DNA of 64,000 nt, taken from NCBI RefSeq assembly GCF_009914755.1, contig NC_060944.1; one strand, 5' to 3'. A model generated the notes under the pieces. The model was given only the letters and a program-made list of their open reading frames with translations. It searched no databases and had not been told where the DNA came from. Each line of letters opens with the position of its first letter. Position 1 is the stretch's first letter. This document shows, piece by piece, positions 40,294 through 54,920 of the stretch. Made by a program: the position numbers and the translations under genes. This DNA is from the human T2T-CHM13v2.0 reference genome, Homo sapiens.

Positions 40294-40643
40294 TGATACT
40301 GTTTGGCTGTGTCCCCACCCAAATCTCATCTTGAATTGTAGCTTCCATAATTCCCATATGTCATGGGAGGGACCCAGTGGGAGATAGTTGAATCATGGGG
40401 GAGGGTCTTTCCTGTGCCGTTCACATGATAGTGAATAAGTTTTACAAGATCTGATGGTTTTATAAAGGCCAGTTCCCCTGCACAAATTCTCTCTTGTTTG
40501 CTGCCATGTAAGATGTCCCTTGCTCTTCCGCCATGATTGTGAGACTTTCCCAGCCATATGGAACTGAGCCAATTAATTACCAGTTTATAAATTACCCAGT
40601 CTTGGGTATGTCTTTATCAGCAGCATGAGAACAGACTAATACA
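40294..40643 (+). mobile_element. THE1C/D LTR
   Basis: 'tgatactgtttggctgtgtccccacccaaatctc...gactaataca' with near-TSD cccac/tccac. Confidence 0.92.
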
Positions 40644-43600
40644 TCCACCCTCTCTAAGCTACTACCCATTAATCTGTAAGCCTACTTTCCCTCTGATGTG
40701 TTTAATTATTGATTATTGAGTATGAAGTGTTTTAACCATTAAGCTTTTGATGATACCACCCTCCAGGGGGGGCAGAGCTTCACACACAGGGTCCGCTACC
40801 AGAAGGGAGGGAAGATGACACATTTTCCCTGCATCCTGGGGAAATGCGTAGGCTCCTGAACTGGAAACAAAACTGAATCCATCAAGGCCTCAGACCAAAA
40901 TGCGGGGTGGAGGCACGAGGATCGGCCAGGAAGAGATCACACTTATTTCCCAGAACCCAAGAGGTGTATCACAGATCTGCCGTCACTCATGTGGGCAAGC
41001 ACAACTGCTCTCAGGTAGCAGCAATAACCTACCTGTGTCAGCGCAGGACATTCAGAATGCAGGCACTGCCACCTGCTTTGATTTATCTCATCCCAAGCAA
41101 GGCAAACAACCCAAACAGAAACTCCAGACATTCCCTCTGAAATTCTATATATGGGTTTGCTGTCAAGTCAAAGTTTGGGACTAACTGTGCTCGCATCGTT
41201 TTGGGATGAATGGACACTAACATGAACAAAAGGTGAGGATGGTCCAATCTTAGAACAGAAATGGGAGGATGGATGAAAAATCTTTTGAACATAAAATCAA
41301 AATTTAGCAAAGAGCCTCTGAGGTCTCCCCTAGGCCCTTATAAGCTCTGCATCTACCACCTCCTAGCTAAGTGACTTTGGACACATTATTTTAGCCCCTC
41401 CCCAAGCTTGTTTCCTCATCAGTAAAATGAGATAACTATAGTGTGCACCTCAAGAGGCTGTGGAAGGCTTACATGAGATAAATCCAGGTAAAGTGCACAG
41501 CAATTCCTGAAGGATAAATAGAAAGTACTTAACACACATCAGCTTGGGGACGGAGATAGTGACATTTATTCATCCACCTAATGTTCCACTACTGCCAACC
41601 TCACTCCAATAACAATGAACTGCATTGATCTCCAAAACACGGCACAAACTGTCATGCTCCTACGTAATTTCTTATGTGGCTCACTCTGCTCAGAATCCCT
41701 TGAGCTGGCTAAGTCCTACTGGGCTTTCAAGACTCAGGTCCTGTGTCACTTCCTCCAGGAAGACAGTGGTACATACTCTTCTTCCTTCTCATCGCCTCAT
41801 AGCACCTGGCACATAACTTCATTACATTCATGTGGATCCTTTAGATTCCAAGAGGCAGAAACACTACTCAAAATGACTTAAATTGAAGAGAAAGTCCAAA
41901 GGGTAGACATGACTTCAGGCACAGCTGGAAATAAGAACACAGATGATTTCAGCAGGAGCCTCGGGCTGGTGTCACTCTCAGGCACCTCTCCCCTGCCAAA
42001 GCAAGGGTACTGCCAGCAGTTTCAGGCTTCCATCTTTCCAGCTTACCCACCCCAGAGGATGATGCCTGTCTTTTGTGATGGTCCTAGTAGTAGGTCCAAT
42101 ACTGACACTCATTGGCTTAAATCGTGTTCTCATCCTGGAACAATTACTGCACCAGGAGGCAAAATGTTTTGACTGGCCACACCTAAGTCATATGCCAACC
42201 CTTTGATCTAAACTGGAGGGCCAGCCACATCCAAGCTACACGATCTGCAAGTTGGAGTATATGGGGCCCCAAAGGAAAGTAGCAGCTTATAACCTGAAAA
42301 GGAGGCATAGATGGCAGGAAATCAAAAAAGCAAAAGCTCAAACACCAGATGCCAAAAACCCATCATCCTACTAACCACAACCTACTCACCATTGGTGTGC
42401 ACACCCCTCCCCGCCGTTGAAAAGTGTTTCCCTAGGTTGGAAGCCATGTCTTGGTCATGCTTCCCCAGGGCCTAGGAGAGGGCCTGGCATAACAGAGGTA
42501 TGCAGTAAACATTTGTGGAATAAACAAGATGGCTTCGGTTCAACAGTCTTTGGATTGTACCATAGATAAGAAAATAGAAAATAGAACTGGAACTCAAATA
42601 TCAACCTGGAAAATGTCAAGTATCAAAATTCTCAAAGGGCAGAAATCAGTCTTCCTGGAACCTTCTTGGAAAAAAAAAAAAACTGGCCAGTGAGTCCTAA
42701 TCCCAAATTAGATACCATCCACAAACCAACAGACCCTATCCCCAATCCACTACGGTCCCTTTCCAGGGCACGCACCCCTCTGAACAAGTGCATCCCAGCT
42801 GAGCTCATCAGGCATGTGCCAGGAGGAGATTCCTTTATTCCAGGAAGTGTTTTCCTACCTCTGAAGACCCCAATTAACCCCAGTGTGAATTCTTGCTAGT
42901 GCCTCTAATTCTTGGTGGAAAAGTTTTAGGGTGCTGCGTCTTGTACCATGGCAGGTTTTCATCAACTGCAAGACAAACTGCTCTCAATAGCTATTTAATA
43001 ACAGTCACCTGCTTGCTTTTTAATGTATTGGGGTAATCCACTTTACCTTCCAAAGCCAGAAAGGTATAACCAGTTTGGAGAAACAGAGGAGAAGAGTATT
43101 AGTGCCTAAATAGTATCCCTGGTGATTGCCAGGAAAACGAAAGAAATATACATGTATGTTTAGAATAAATTTTTTGTATAATTGCACCAGAAGAACCATG
43201 TGGACTTGGCCAAAATATGGCCCAGAGCTTATAATTAAGTACTGAGAAATGTGGTGGATTTGTACAGCTTCCTTTTGGAAATGCTATTTAAATTAGCTTA
43301 AGTCACAAAGGAACATGAAGGCTCTTATATCTAGGAAGATTGCTGGAAAGTCATGGACTTATGATAAGACTGTTTCTCCCAACATTGTCAATCTTCTCTT
43401 TGCCTCATCCTCTTCTCGTGCAGAAAGGCTCTTTCGGAGGCAGGACTACAGCACCGGTTTAGGCGCTCCCACAAGAAAAGAACTCCTTTCAACCATCCCA
43501 AAAGTCTATTCCAGGAAACACTCTGATTGGACACATTTAGGTCAAGTGCTCTTGGACCAATTACTGTTATCAGAAGCATGACATCCTACGATTGGCCAAG

Positions 43601-45579
43601 CCTCTGTAGTCAGGAGAGAGCAGGGTGACTGGTGGCCCCACAGAAGTACACAGAATGATTGGGGGAGGCACAAAGGAGAGGCAAAGGATGCCTTGACAGA
43701 AGAGGAAGGTAGAATGCTGGGAACACACACACACTTGCACAAAACAGATGACAAACCCCTCAGAAACCACCAGTATAACAGTAACTTTTCCAGATTCCAA
43801 AGTCTATAACTCCAGGTGAAAAAGAAATTCGGTTGACAACTCAGCAATAAGGGTGCAAACATTATTGTTGCTACTACCCAGTTATGGAATTATTAATATA
43901 TGCCAGGCACTGACCTAAGTGCTTTGCACACATTATCTCACGCAGCATGCCATGAAGTACTTATTATTATCCTCAGGACACAGAGGGGGAAGCTGAGGCT
44001 TAGAAAAAGGAAGTGGCTCCTTCAAGCTTACACAGCCAGTAAGTGTGGGAGCCTGGATGCAAACACAAGGTTCTTACTACAATGCTATACCTGCTATACC
44101 ATAGAGTGAAAAAAACAAACAAGTAGAAGGCTGCAGGCACCCAATTCCCTAATACACACGTTCCCTCCAAAAGGATCAAGGGCAAAAGACAACACAATAC
44201 AGAACTGATAACACAGATTTTGAAGTCGGACGGACCCCCAACTTACTAGTATGACTTCGGACAAATTACTTATCCTCCCTGGTCTTCAGTTGCCTCATCC
44301 ATAAAATGGGAAAGTAATGCCTATCCCATAACAGTGCTAAAAATAGAGACCACACACATGTATCTCAAAAATACAATGTGTCCCTTCTTCTTCCCTACTC
44401 TTCCTTGAACAAGAGGATAAATAAAAGAAAATATCCAAAATGGTCCTGATCACTTGAATAGGCAAATAAGCCCCTGACTACTGTGCAAGCTCATCTACAG
44501 ATAAAAAGCCTTAAACATGCAAGTCAAAAATAATGGTAACACTTTTTGGTGGTTGGCAACTTTTCTTAAATATGAGTGTCTGCTTATGACTAGGGCATAG
44601 GGAAATGGGAATACTGGTTATTGTTCACTGGGCACCTACTATATACCAGACACTGTGATGCATGTTTTACCTTTGCTATCTCATTTCATTCTCACAGCAG
44701 ACTTCAGAGCTTCAAGCTTAACGCCTGCTCTAAATCCCTCTGTGGCTGATGGGACTATCAACTGGTCAAGCATTTACGTGCACACACTTTGCTCCTGCAA
44801 CCCTCTATCTAGAAGTTAATCTTAGAGAAACAATCAGACATCCCAACAAAGATTTCCGCGCAAGAAAGCTCATCATATCTGTGTATATCATTTAAAAATT
44901 CAAAAACACCCAGACATCCAACTATAGTAAAAATTAAATTAGTTGTGATCCGTCTGCAGGATGAGTGTTATACAGCCCTTAAAATCAAGTTTTCCACTAC
45001 CTGACTGATCACTATCATTGCTGCTACAAGTCCAGTATTTTGCCTCTGCCAGCCACAAACAGACCTAAGCAGCTGTGCCCTGAACAGAAGATCTCTTATA
45101 AAGGGCAGCCCTTAGGCAGCCATATTTTAGATCACATGACCTCCATGGCCACAGTTGATTGGACCTTTGGCAAACACTGTCCACAAGAGCAGCCAATCCA
45201 GAAGCTGCCTAGCAATGGACACCACAGTCTGGCATGAAAAAATGAAGTGGACCAACCAAAGAATACCTTCAAGAATGTGAACTAGGAAATAGGGGAAAAT
45301 ACTACAATTCACTGTGGGAGCATATCTGGGAATGCAATAATGTAGACTGGTGTAGAAATGGTACACCAGGGTAGCCTGGATGGGTCATCCCTAATTTAAA
45401 GTTATATTGGCAGGGAAATGGATTGGGTACAAATTATATAAATGGAGTGTAGTGAATGCACAAATTGGCAACCTGCTGATTTCTTCAGGCCAGTAGATGT
45501 GATTTATCTGGTCACACAATGTTTTTTATATAATTTGCATTAGTTAACAACATTTAAAATTAATTTATGTAAAAACTCA

Positions 45580-45899
<320 letters not shown>

Positions 45900-45929
45900 A
45901 TCAAATTTCTGGTGGTTTCCCCCAAAGAT

Positions 45930-46385
45930 CAGGAACAGGCCAAACTAAACTATATGGGAGAAAAAGACAATGGTGATTGTCCCTGGTAGGGTAGGGGTGG
46001 GGGGACACTAGAAAGGCAAATGAAGGAAATTTCTAGGGTAATTATAATGTTCTACATCTTGACAGCTATTTGGGTTACATAGATACATGTATTTGTCAGA
46101 ATTCATTAAATGGTATATTTAAAATATATACACTTCACCTATGTATATTTTAACTCCAAAAAGGGAGGGGAGAACTGTAAATCAATATTAAGCTCTAGTT
46201 AATGACATGCATGCTGAAGTGTGCAGGTGCAAAGTTTACTGATATCTGCAACATACTTGGAAATGCATCCAAAAATAAAATGAAATGGTAGGTAAATGCA
46301 AGGACAGATGAATACTTATGTGGCAAATCAAATAGTAAAATATTAATTATAGCATCTCAATTTGAAAATTTTTTATAACAAAATG
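45930..46385 (+). mobile_element. Old L1M (MD/ME) 3' end
   Basis: 'aggccaaactaaactat...ttctacatcttga...catgcatgctgaagt'. Confidence 0.6.
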
Positions 46386-47029
46386 AAAAAGAGGCAAAAT
46401 TCTAGCGGCTGCCCCCTTTAGAGGGGGCAGGTGTTCTCCAGATCACCACAATCCCCACCCACTCTTTAATGCCTGTATCAGCCTGTATTCCAGTGGGCAA
46501 TTTCTGAAACAGAGAGAAAACAAGGCAACTAGAGAGGTGATAGGAGCAGGTACCCTGATACTAGAGTAGCGACCCGTACCCTCCTGTTCCTGAGGTCCCC
46601 GTCTCCAAGCATCTCTATCTGCCTTCTAGTTCCTTCCCTTCCAGAAGTCCGTTGGTTAGTGTCACAGCCTGTGCTCCTCTGGAATCAGAGCCTGAGATGA
46701 AAGCTGATACATGAGTAGTTTATTTAGAAGTGAGATTATCAGGGAGTAAAAGGAGGGACAGAGGAAACAAACAGTGACAGAGAAAGAGTCAGTACAAAAA
46801 TGTGTAACTGAGTTGTCCACTGCTGAGGTGACCAGTTGCTCCACTCATGGCCCTTTCTAGAAGTCTTACAGAATGCACCTGAGAACTACCTACCTAAGGG
46901 ACAAAAGGGAAGAATGTATCCCAAGAGATATCTGTTATAATCATCATGGAATATTCCATCCAATCATTGGAAGATTCCTTCCCAATATCCACTCCTCTCA
47001 TTGCTTTCCTGCTAACAAATTCTCCCCTC

Positions 47030-47540
47030 CCCCGACTTTTTTTTTCCAGATAGCAGCAGAGATATCTTGATCCCAGCTCCAGAGGTTGAATCATGATTGG
47101 TTAAATGTGCCATAATAATTTTATATCCTTTGCCCACCGATTTGCCTAAAGATGACCATGGAACCCAATTCTAGTGAAAGAAATGTAAGCAAACATTTCA
47201 TTTCTAGGGCAACTTCCAGAAAACCTTTTGATTTTCTGACAAAGAAAGACTAAGTTGGAAGTACCCAAAGCCCATTTACTCTCTTTCTTCTTTCTACCTG
47301 GTACACGGAATTTATGCTTGGAGGTATAGCAGCCACATTGCAATTAGGAGGTGACAAATGTTATAACAAAACAAAGATTCTGGAAATTGTGGAGCAGAAA
47401 GGGAGAGCAATCCCAGGTCTCTGACAGCACTGGGTCTGGACTTCTACCTCTGGACTTCATATGGGAGAAAATAATACCCACTAGTTCAACCCTCTGTAGT
47501 CTGCCTTCTCTTTGCCGCTAAATGCATTCCTAACATATAC
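47030..47540 (+). mobile_element. MLT1J/K-like LTR
   Basis: 'atagcagccacattgcaa...ctacctctggacttc...aatgcattcctaac'. Confidence 0.6.
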
Positions 47541-47679
47541 TCTTGGAATTTCCCAGGTGTTCAAGAACTTACTATCAACATTTTCCTATCTACCATTCCT
47601 TGAAGCACTTGAGCAACCATGGCCTTGTATCCAGAAAAAAAGATAATTAAAGATTTCCCATCTCAATAAAGGATCTCAA

Positions 47680-47989
<310 letters not shown>

Positions 47990-48510
47990 TAAACTCTTGC
48001 CTCCTTAAAGAGTCATTGCACCCAGGGTTAGACCATATGTGACCTGGAAGAAGACTTGATTTAGCTAAAGTAGCTGTAATAATACAGAAGAGAAAGAAAC
48101 AAAAGCAAGCACCTCCGCAGGGCTCAAAGCACCATTCACGAAAGAAAGTCACCTATTCCTGCTTCTCCTGGCAGTCGATTGAATTTGGAAACCTCCCATT
48201 TGGAAAACTAGAGAAAGGCACATGAAAGTAGAGAAGAGCTTATGGCAACAAAACACCGTAAAAATGCAGAAAACAGGAAAAGCTTCACTGAGTGGGACAG
48301 AAAGAGGATTATCTTGAGAAAGGCCAAAGAAGAAGTGATACTCGAACAGCAGCAAGTGGGAAGAACTGAATAGGGGCTTTAGGAGACGTGGGTTCTTGTC
48401 AGAATTCTTCTGCTTATCTTTGGGACCATGATTTCATCTCTCGAATCTTCACTGAGTATCTGCTGTGTGTCAGCTCTGCTCAGCACTTGGAAGACAAGAA
48501 GCCAGGTTCC

Positions 48511-48685
48511 ATTAGCTGGGTGTAGTGGTGCATACCTGTAGTCCCAACTACGTTGGAGTCTGAGATGGGAGGACTACTTGAGCCCAGGAGTTGAAGGCTG
48601 CTCTGAGCTATGACCACACCACTGCCCTCCAGCCTGGGCCACAGAATGAGACCACGTCTCTATAATATATTCTAAAATAAAAAAC
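48511..48685 (+). mobile_element. Alu right monomer (FRAM/AluJ)
   Basis: 'attagctgggtgtagtggtg...gagaccacgtctc' with an A-rich tail. Confidence 0.85.
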
Positions 48686-48909
48686 AAACCAGGTTCCTAC
48701 GCTCAGAGAGCTCATTTTTGCTTCTTGATTTCTCTTATTTTTCCTAGAGATCTTTGATTCTCAAATGTCCTACAAGGGGGAATATTCTGCACCAACTTCC
48801 CCAAGGTGTGCCCTGTGAAACATGCTATTTTCTCCAGAAATGCCACAGGGAAAAAGAAAGATTCTGTGAACAGATCCGTTGGAGACAGATGTCAGTTTAA
48901 GTCTTCCTC

Positions 48910-49095
48910 TAGACCTGTCCTGTCTAGTACAGACAAGAGGCTGTTTAAATTTCAGTTAAAATTAAAAATTCAGTTCCTTGGTCTCAATAGCCACACTTCA
49001 GTGCTCAACAGCTATTCATGGGTAGTGGCTACCTTATTGGACAGTGCAGAGAACACTTCCACAATCACAGAAAGAACTTCTGGATGCCACTGCTA
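48910..49095. mobile_element. MER3/MER33 hAT MITE
   Basis: 'tagccacacttcagtgctcaacagc...gtggctaccttattggacagtgcag'. Confidence 0.75.
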
Positions 49096-49382
49096 TTGAA
49101 AAGTCAGGCTGACTCTGGGCATATTGCCTATGAGTTCACCCTGTTCTGCAAGGTTAAAATATATTTAAAAGATAAAAAAAAAACTAAAATGGATTAAAAA
49201 CATGTATAAGGCACACTGCCCCCATTAGAGGCTCTGAAAAAATTAATCTGCAGTAAAATAACATGCTAAATTTTTCAACTGTCTTTGACATTTATTCTTT
49301 CCTACCACCCTTTAACATTACACAGTATGACACTTCACACAAGCAGATTTTTGCAGGACATGTTTTACAGAAGGAAAACTGA

Positions 49383-49668
49383 GGCCAGGTATGGTGGTTC
49401 ATACCTGTAATCCCAGCACTTTGGGAGGCTGAGGCAGGTGGATCACCTGAGGTCAGGAGTTCAAGACCAGCCTGGACAACACGGTGAAACCTCATCTCTA
49501 CTAAAAATACAAAAAATTAGCTGGACGTGGTGGCATGCACCTGTAATCCCAGCTCCTCAGGAGGCTGAGGTACAAGAATCGCTTTGAGGTGGAGGTTGCA
49601 GTGAGCGGAGATCACGCCACTGCACTCCAGCCTGGGTGACAGAGCAAGACTCTGTGTCAAAAAAAAAA
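49383..49668 (+). mobile_element. AluSx
   Basis: Dimeric Alu with TSD 'aaggaaaactga'. Confidence 0.95.
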
Positions 49669-50714
49669 GGAAAACTGATCAACTGCTCCTCAGTGCCTGA
49701 CCACCTCTTTTCCAAGAAGCTCTTTTTCGTGTTTCGATAACTTGCTATTTGCTCATTTTTTCTGGCTTTCAACTCTGCCATTTGATGAGTGCAATCAAAT
49801 CCAAAGAAAAACAACTTAAGAGAAAATGCGCAAAGACAATGTTGACAAGAGCTGCTATATTTGGAGAGAAAACGAGGAACAATTAATCTACCTAGAACAA
49901 GGAAAGAAATCATGAAATCAATTCTCATACATTCATTGGATAGAATACTATCCTTCCCCTACAAGTAATAGTTCTAATGTATATATGAAAAGTTGTAAAT
50001 GCTTATGACCTAAGTGAAAAATGAGGACACCATGTTGCACATGTGTTATGATACCGACCGTGTAAAAACAAACTATATTTGGGGGAGAAAAGCCAAAATG
50101 TGGGTGTGTTTGCGTTTAGGTCTTAGAATTTGGGTATTTTGTTTCCTTCTTTCCTTTATTTCTCAAATGTCTTTTCAAAGCACCTAGCACTTCCAGGAAA
50201 ACAATGTAAAAAATTAAAGAAAATTAAAAATAAAACACTGATAGAATGACAGCCAAGACGCATGTGGGGGCTGGAGGGTTGCTGCTGATTCACTTTGGTC
50301 CATGGATTTTCTGACGCTGTTTTTATTCTATTGAAGCAATTTGGGCAGTGTCAGCTCTCCACCCCTGCTGTAAAAATGCAAATGTGGTGGCCTCTCCCTA
50401 CTCCCACTGCTCTGAGCAATTCTCCATCACCCATGGCACAGAGAAGTCGCTAGGGACCCCTGTCTCCAGGCTTCCCTGATAGCTGCCTTGCCTGCACCAT
50501 TTCTTCCCCTGTGAAAGCCACTACCAGCCCCATGGTCCCACCCTCCCAGCACCGGGCCCCAAACCCTAACTGCCTCTCAAAACTCACCTCCAATTCCTCT
50601 TCATTTACATCTTTCCCATCTACTCAGCTAGATGAAGTATGTGCCCAAACGCCCAGCCCTAATTCTGGTAGAGAGTGAATAGTTCAGTTTCCCTTCGCTT
50701 TCTCCCTCTTCTTT

Positions 50715-51140
50715 TAAAAAATTAAACACTTGATTAAACAAACAGAAAATCATTTCTTTGCAAATGCCAGCCTGCAGAAGTGTCTTCGGCAGATAGTTTT
50801 TCCAGCCAGTTCTTCTCTAATTTTTCCTTGAAACACCCACCGTTCATTTCCGCTACCCCTGCGCTTTCCCCTAACGCCCACAACTTGGTAATAATTGGGA
50901 GGCCAGCGCCAGACTGAGTGGATTCAACAGTCATTAAGCAAAATGCAAAAGTTAAACCAGAGCCTCGCTGGATCGCACAGCTGTTCCTACACCTGAAGGG
51001 GAGCCACTTTTATTAAATTATGCATCCGGTGTGCCTTTTATTTCCTCAATGAGAACGTGGTTCATAAGTGGTTATGGGGATTACCTTAACCAATTAATTT
51101 CAACAATTTATAGCCTTGAGGCAATTTCACTGCAGTATGT
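50715..51140. promoter_or_regulatory. Candidate distal enhancer / conserved non-coding element
   Basis: No recognisable repeat. About 10 CpGs in about 270 bp, with clustered FOX, homeodomain, E-box, HOX13/CDX, NKX and AP-2 motifs. Confidence 0.5.
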
Positions 51141-52202
51141 AGTGGGTGGATTGAGCATTTGAGCTTATGAAAGAATAATGATTTGTTTTTTGAACTCTGG
51201 ACATTCCATGGGTCAGGGAACATGTCGTTTGGTATGCTGTACCTGCCCAGCTCTTTGGAGGCGTTCTCTCACTCAAGCTGGGTTACCCCCTCAGGAAACA
51301 GAGTCACAATGTCCCTCTTTGCAGGGTTCTAATTGTGTCTACTATTCACAAGAGCCTCATATGTTCAGGAATAAAAATAATCAATAGCTTCCTGGTTAGA
51401 CTGACCAGGATAATGGGAAATGGGCTTGAGGAGGGAGAGCAGATGCCAGGAGCTTGGCAGGCAGGTTTCTGGAAAGGTTTTGCTTTCAAAATCATATATA
51501 AGTAGCTGGGCCAGGCAACCTGACCTGTTGAGAAAAAGTCCTCCAAGGCCAACAGTTAAGAGTCTGACAAGCATTTCTTTTGGTCCTACTATGCACTGAG
51601 GGCAGCACAGGATGTAAGAATGAATGAGACCTGGAGCCTGCCTGCCCTCAAAGGGCTTACAGTCTCCCAGGAACAGGTATTGGCACAAAATAGGCTCCCA
51701 TTTGTATTTGAGTACAGAAATCCTACAATTCAATGTGGTAATACAGTAAAGAAACTAAAAAGATTTCAGTGGTGGTCTGGCTTCCCTATCTACCAGCCCT
51801 GTGACCCTGGGAAATATTCTTAGACTTTCTGCTCCTCAGTTTCCTCACCTTTAAAATTAGGACAATGATAATGTCCACTTCGTGGAGTTGTTATGAGGAG
51901 CAAATATGTTGAGATTTAAAAAGCACTGGAACGGTATCTGGCTTAGGTTTAATTTTTTCTTTCTGCTTAATGACTTGAAGGTAGATTGAGCCTGGTACTG
52001 GCCTTCCAATTATTACCAAGTCATGGGAGTTGGACGGTACAAGGATGAACTGTGGGTGGTCCAGGAGAAAACTGCAGAGGAACTGGCTGAAAAAAAAAAA
52101 ATCAAAGATACATGTTCAGCCTGACATTTGCAAAGAAATTATGTTCTATTCACTTAATATTTGAGGCATAATTTAGAAATAAAAAGTCATCGTATAATTG
52201 AT

Positions 52203-52261
52203 AATCAAATTTAAAAGTAAAGTACAAAAATCAAATTTAAAAGTAAAGTACAAAATCAAAT
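52203..52261 (+). repeat. 26-bp tandem duplication
   Basis: 'aatcaaatttaaaagtaaagtacaaa' twice plus a partial third copy. Confidence 0.9.
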
Positions 52262-53944
52262 GCCACCATGTCCTCAGTACCCAAGGGAGGGATCTTCATT
52301 ATTAACATAGCTCCTGCTTCTAGAAATTCTCAGGACATGATAAATATCAAATAATATGATGAAAACCAAAATATAGACAAGGCATTTAGGAGAAGCAACT
52401 ATTAAAAAAAAAAAAAGTCCTCTGTTGTATCTTGTATATCACTCAGGATCCAGGCATTAAATAAATGGCATGCTCAAGAGAGACAATTAAAGAGAATTTA
52501 ACAAAGGATCAACTTACAAAGGCGTGGGCATAATTAAGGAAAATCAACAAGGAGTGGGGAAATCCCCAGGAGCTGGAAATAGCAGGAAGCGATCCCCAGT
52601 CTGGACTTGAAGGGGCATGTGGTTGTGGGGCCCAGGACCTGGAGAGACCCAAAGCTGGAGGAAAGCGCCACCTGACAGGTGCTGTTACTTAAGGGGAGGA
52701 GCTCAGTCTGCCGTCATATGATATTGTGGCTCGAGCTTCAATCTCTTGATGGCTCCCATTGGACAAACCCAGCTGGAAACCAGGGGATGAAGGGCCATGA
52801 TTGATGCAGCACACACAGGTTGTCCTGCCATGACCAAGAGCATTATGGGATTAAGAGGCACACAGAGAAAATGTCTCAACTGTAAAATTAGCATAATATT
52901 AGTACCCTTGTCAGAGAACTATTCTGATCATTAGATAAAGAGATACATAAAGCACAGTCTCTGGCACATATTAGTGCTCAATAAATGTTAGCTTATTATA
53001 GGATTATTAGTCCATATAATCAATTTATCTCTAAAGTATGGGGTATAAATACTGATGTTTTCAAATAACTGTAGAAGTGAATTCCTTCTAAAAATCCATC
53101 TTATAATGGCCTCAGAGATTTATATTAATTAATTTATCTCTATTTATTTGTTTGTAGTGAAAAATTTGCCAAAGAATTCATTTCAAAGGTGGCTGTTTCA
53201 CCACACACACTCATAGGAAAACATTCCTTATTTATGAGGATTTTTGTGCCTTGAATTAACATCCCCTGACCATCAAGAAAGAAACAGTTCTTACAAAATA
53301 GAAATGATTTTTCTGCAAAGAACCGCTGTTCCAAGTTTATGGAAATTGATTCAATATTTGCCCTAATTCCTGTGTCAAAATCTGGTGTAAAAAGTTCTAG
53401 GTTTATCTACTGCCTGAGACATACAATGGTCTGAGTGGTATTTCACCACAAGGGTTCCTGAAGAAAGTTTTACTAGATCTTCCCCTCTTGAAAGCAAAAG
53501 ATGAGTTTTTGAAAACTAAACTACTGATCTAAAGCTCAACACTCAAATGTAACACACAAGATTGCTATCAATACTATTTATATTGGAGGATTTTCATTTC
53601 TTGTGGTCAGTAATGCCAGGTATATCCAGGGATTTGTACCAGCCTGTGGCAACCCTAGCTGTACAGTGTGAGCAACCTATAGTTATAAGCCCTAGGTACA
53701 GAGTCTTACCAACTTTCTACTTGCCACCTGGATTCTGTGTACCTTCATCTGGAGTGGGAGCCAGAATGCCTACTTCAAATCATACCTCTACAACTTAATA
53801 ACTAAATGACCTTAGGCAAATTACCCTTTCAGGGCCTCAGTTTTTCCATCTGTAAAACGGGAATAATAACAGCACGTTCCTCAAAGAGCCACTGTGAAGA
53901 TTAAATGAATAAATGAATGCAAAGCACTTAGCATGGTGCCTGGC

Positions 53945-54520
53945 ATTCATTCATTGAACAAATATTTACCGAGCGTCAACTATGTGCTAAGTACTGTTTT
54001 AGGCACTGAGGTTGCAGGTAAAAAATCCTGCCTTCCTTGATCTTCCCCAAGTAGAATTACTTGGGGAAACCAGGCTAAAATAATAATAAACAGGCAAATT
54101 ATAGAGCATGTTAGAAGGTGATGAATGTCATAGAAAAATTAAACAAGAGAAGGGGCATCCAGGCAGCCAGCAAGTGTCGGGATTATGATTTTAACAAGAT
54201 ATGAGGGAAGACTTCACTGAGATGACATTTTAGCTGTAGCATTTGAGGATGATGAGGTGTGAGCGATGGGGATAATTGGGGAAAGAGTGTTCCAGGTGGC
54301 AGAAAATTGCCAGTGCAAAGGTCCTGAGGGCAGGATACTCTCTGCCACATTCAAGGAACAGTCAGGGGGTCAGAAGGGGTCAATAGTAATATATTTTGAA
54401 GGTAGAATCAAGGGGATTGGGTGGGGTGAGATGTGAAAGAAAGAGGAGTCAGGAGTGATTCCAAGGGTTTGTCTTGGGCAAGTAAAGGGATGGCATTGCC
54501 CTTTCCTGGGGCAGTGAGTT
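53945..54520 (-). mobile_element. L2 fragment
   Basis: 'cattcattcattgaacaaatatttaccgagcg...gtgcaaaggtcctgagg...ttgaaggtagaatc'. Confidence 0.8.
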
Positions 54521-54639
54521 GGCCAGCCTACTCTTTTGTATTTTTTTAAATTTACATCCACTTTTTATTCCTTCATAGATTTTAACAATTATACACAACT
54601 TTTAACATAAAGGTAGTGAAATCTCAAGGATAAGGAAGC

Positions 54640-54700
54640 TATATATATGTATATACACACATACATATACATATACACACACATATATATACATATATAC

Positions 54701-54746
<46 letters not shown>
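54640..54746 (+). repeat. (TA)/(CA) compound microsatellite
   Basis: Seen directly. Confidence 0.95.
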
Positions 54747-54920
54747 GGCTTCTTCTATTCATTCTTCAGGATGGAAGGAAATTTCCAAAGGGTTACAATG
54801 TGTGAGATTTAACAATGGAAAAATACATATGAAACTTGTTTAACTGGCTCCACTTAAGACCAGGCACCGCACAATAAATACAGAACTGCATCATCTTTTT
54901 AAAATTTTGTATTGCTTTAT

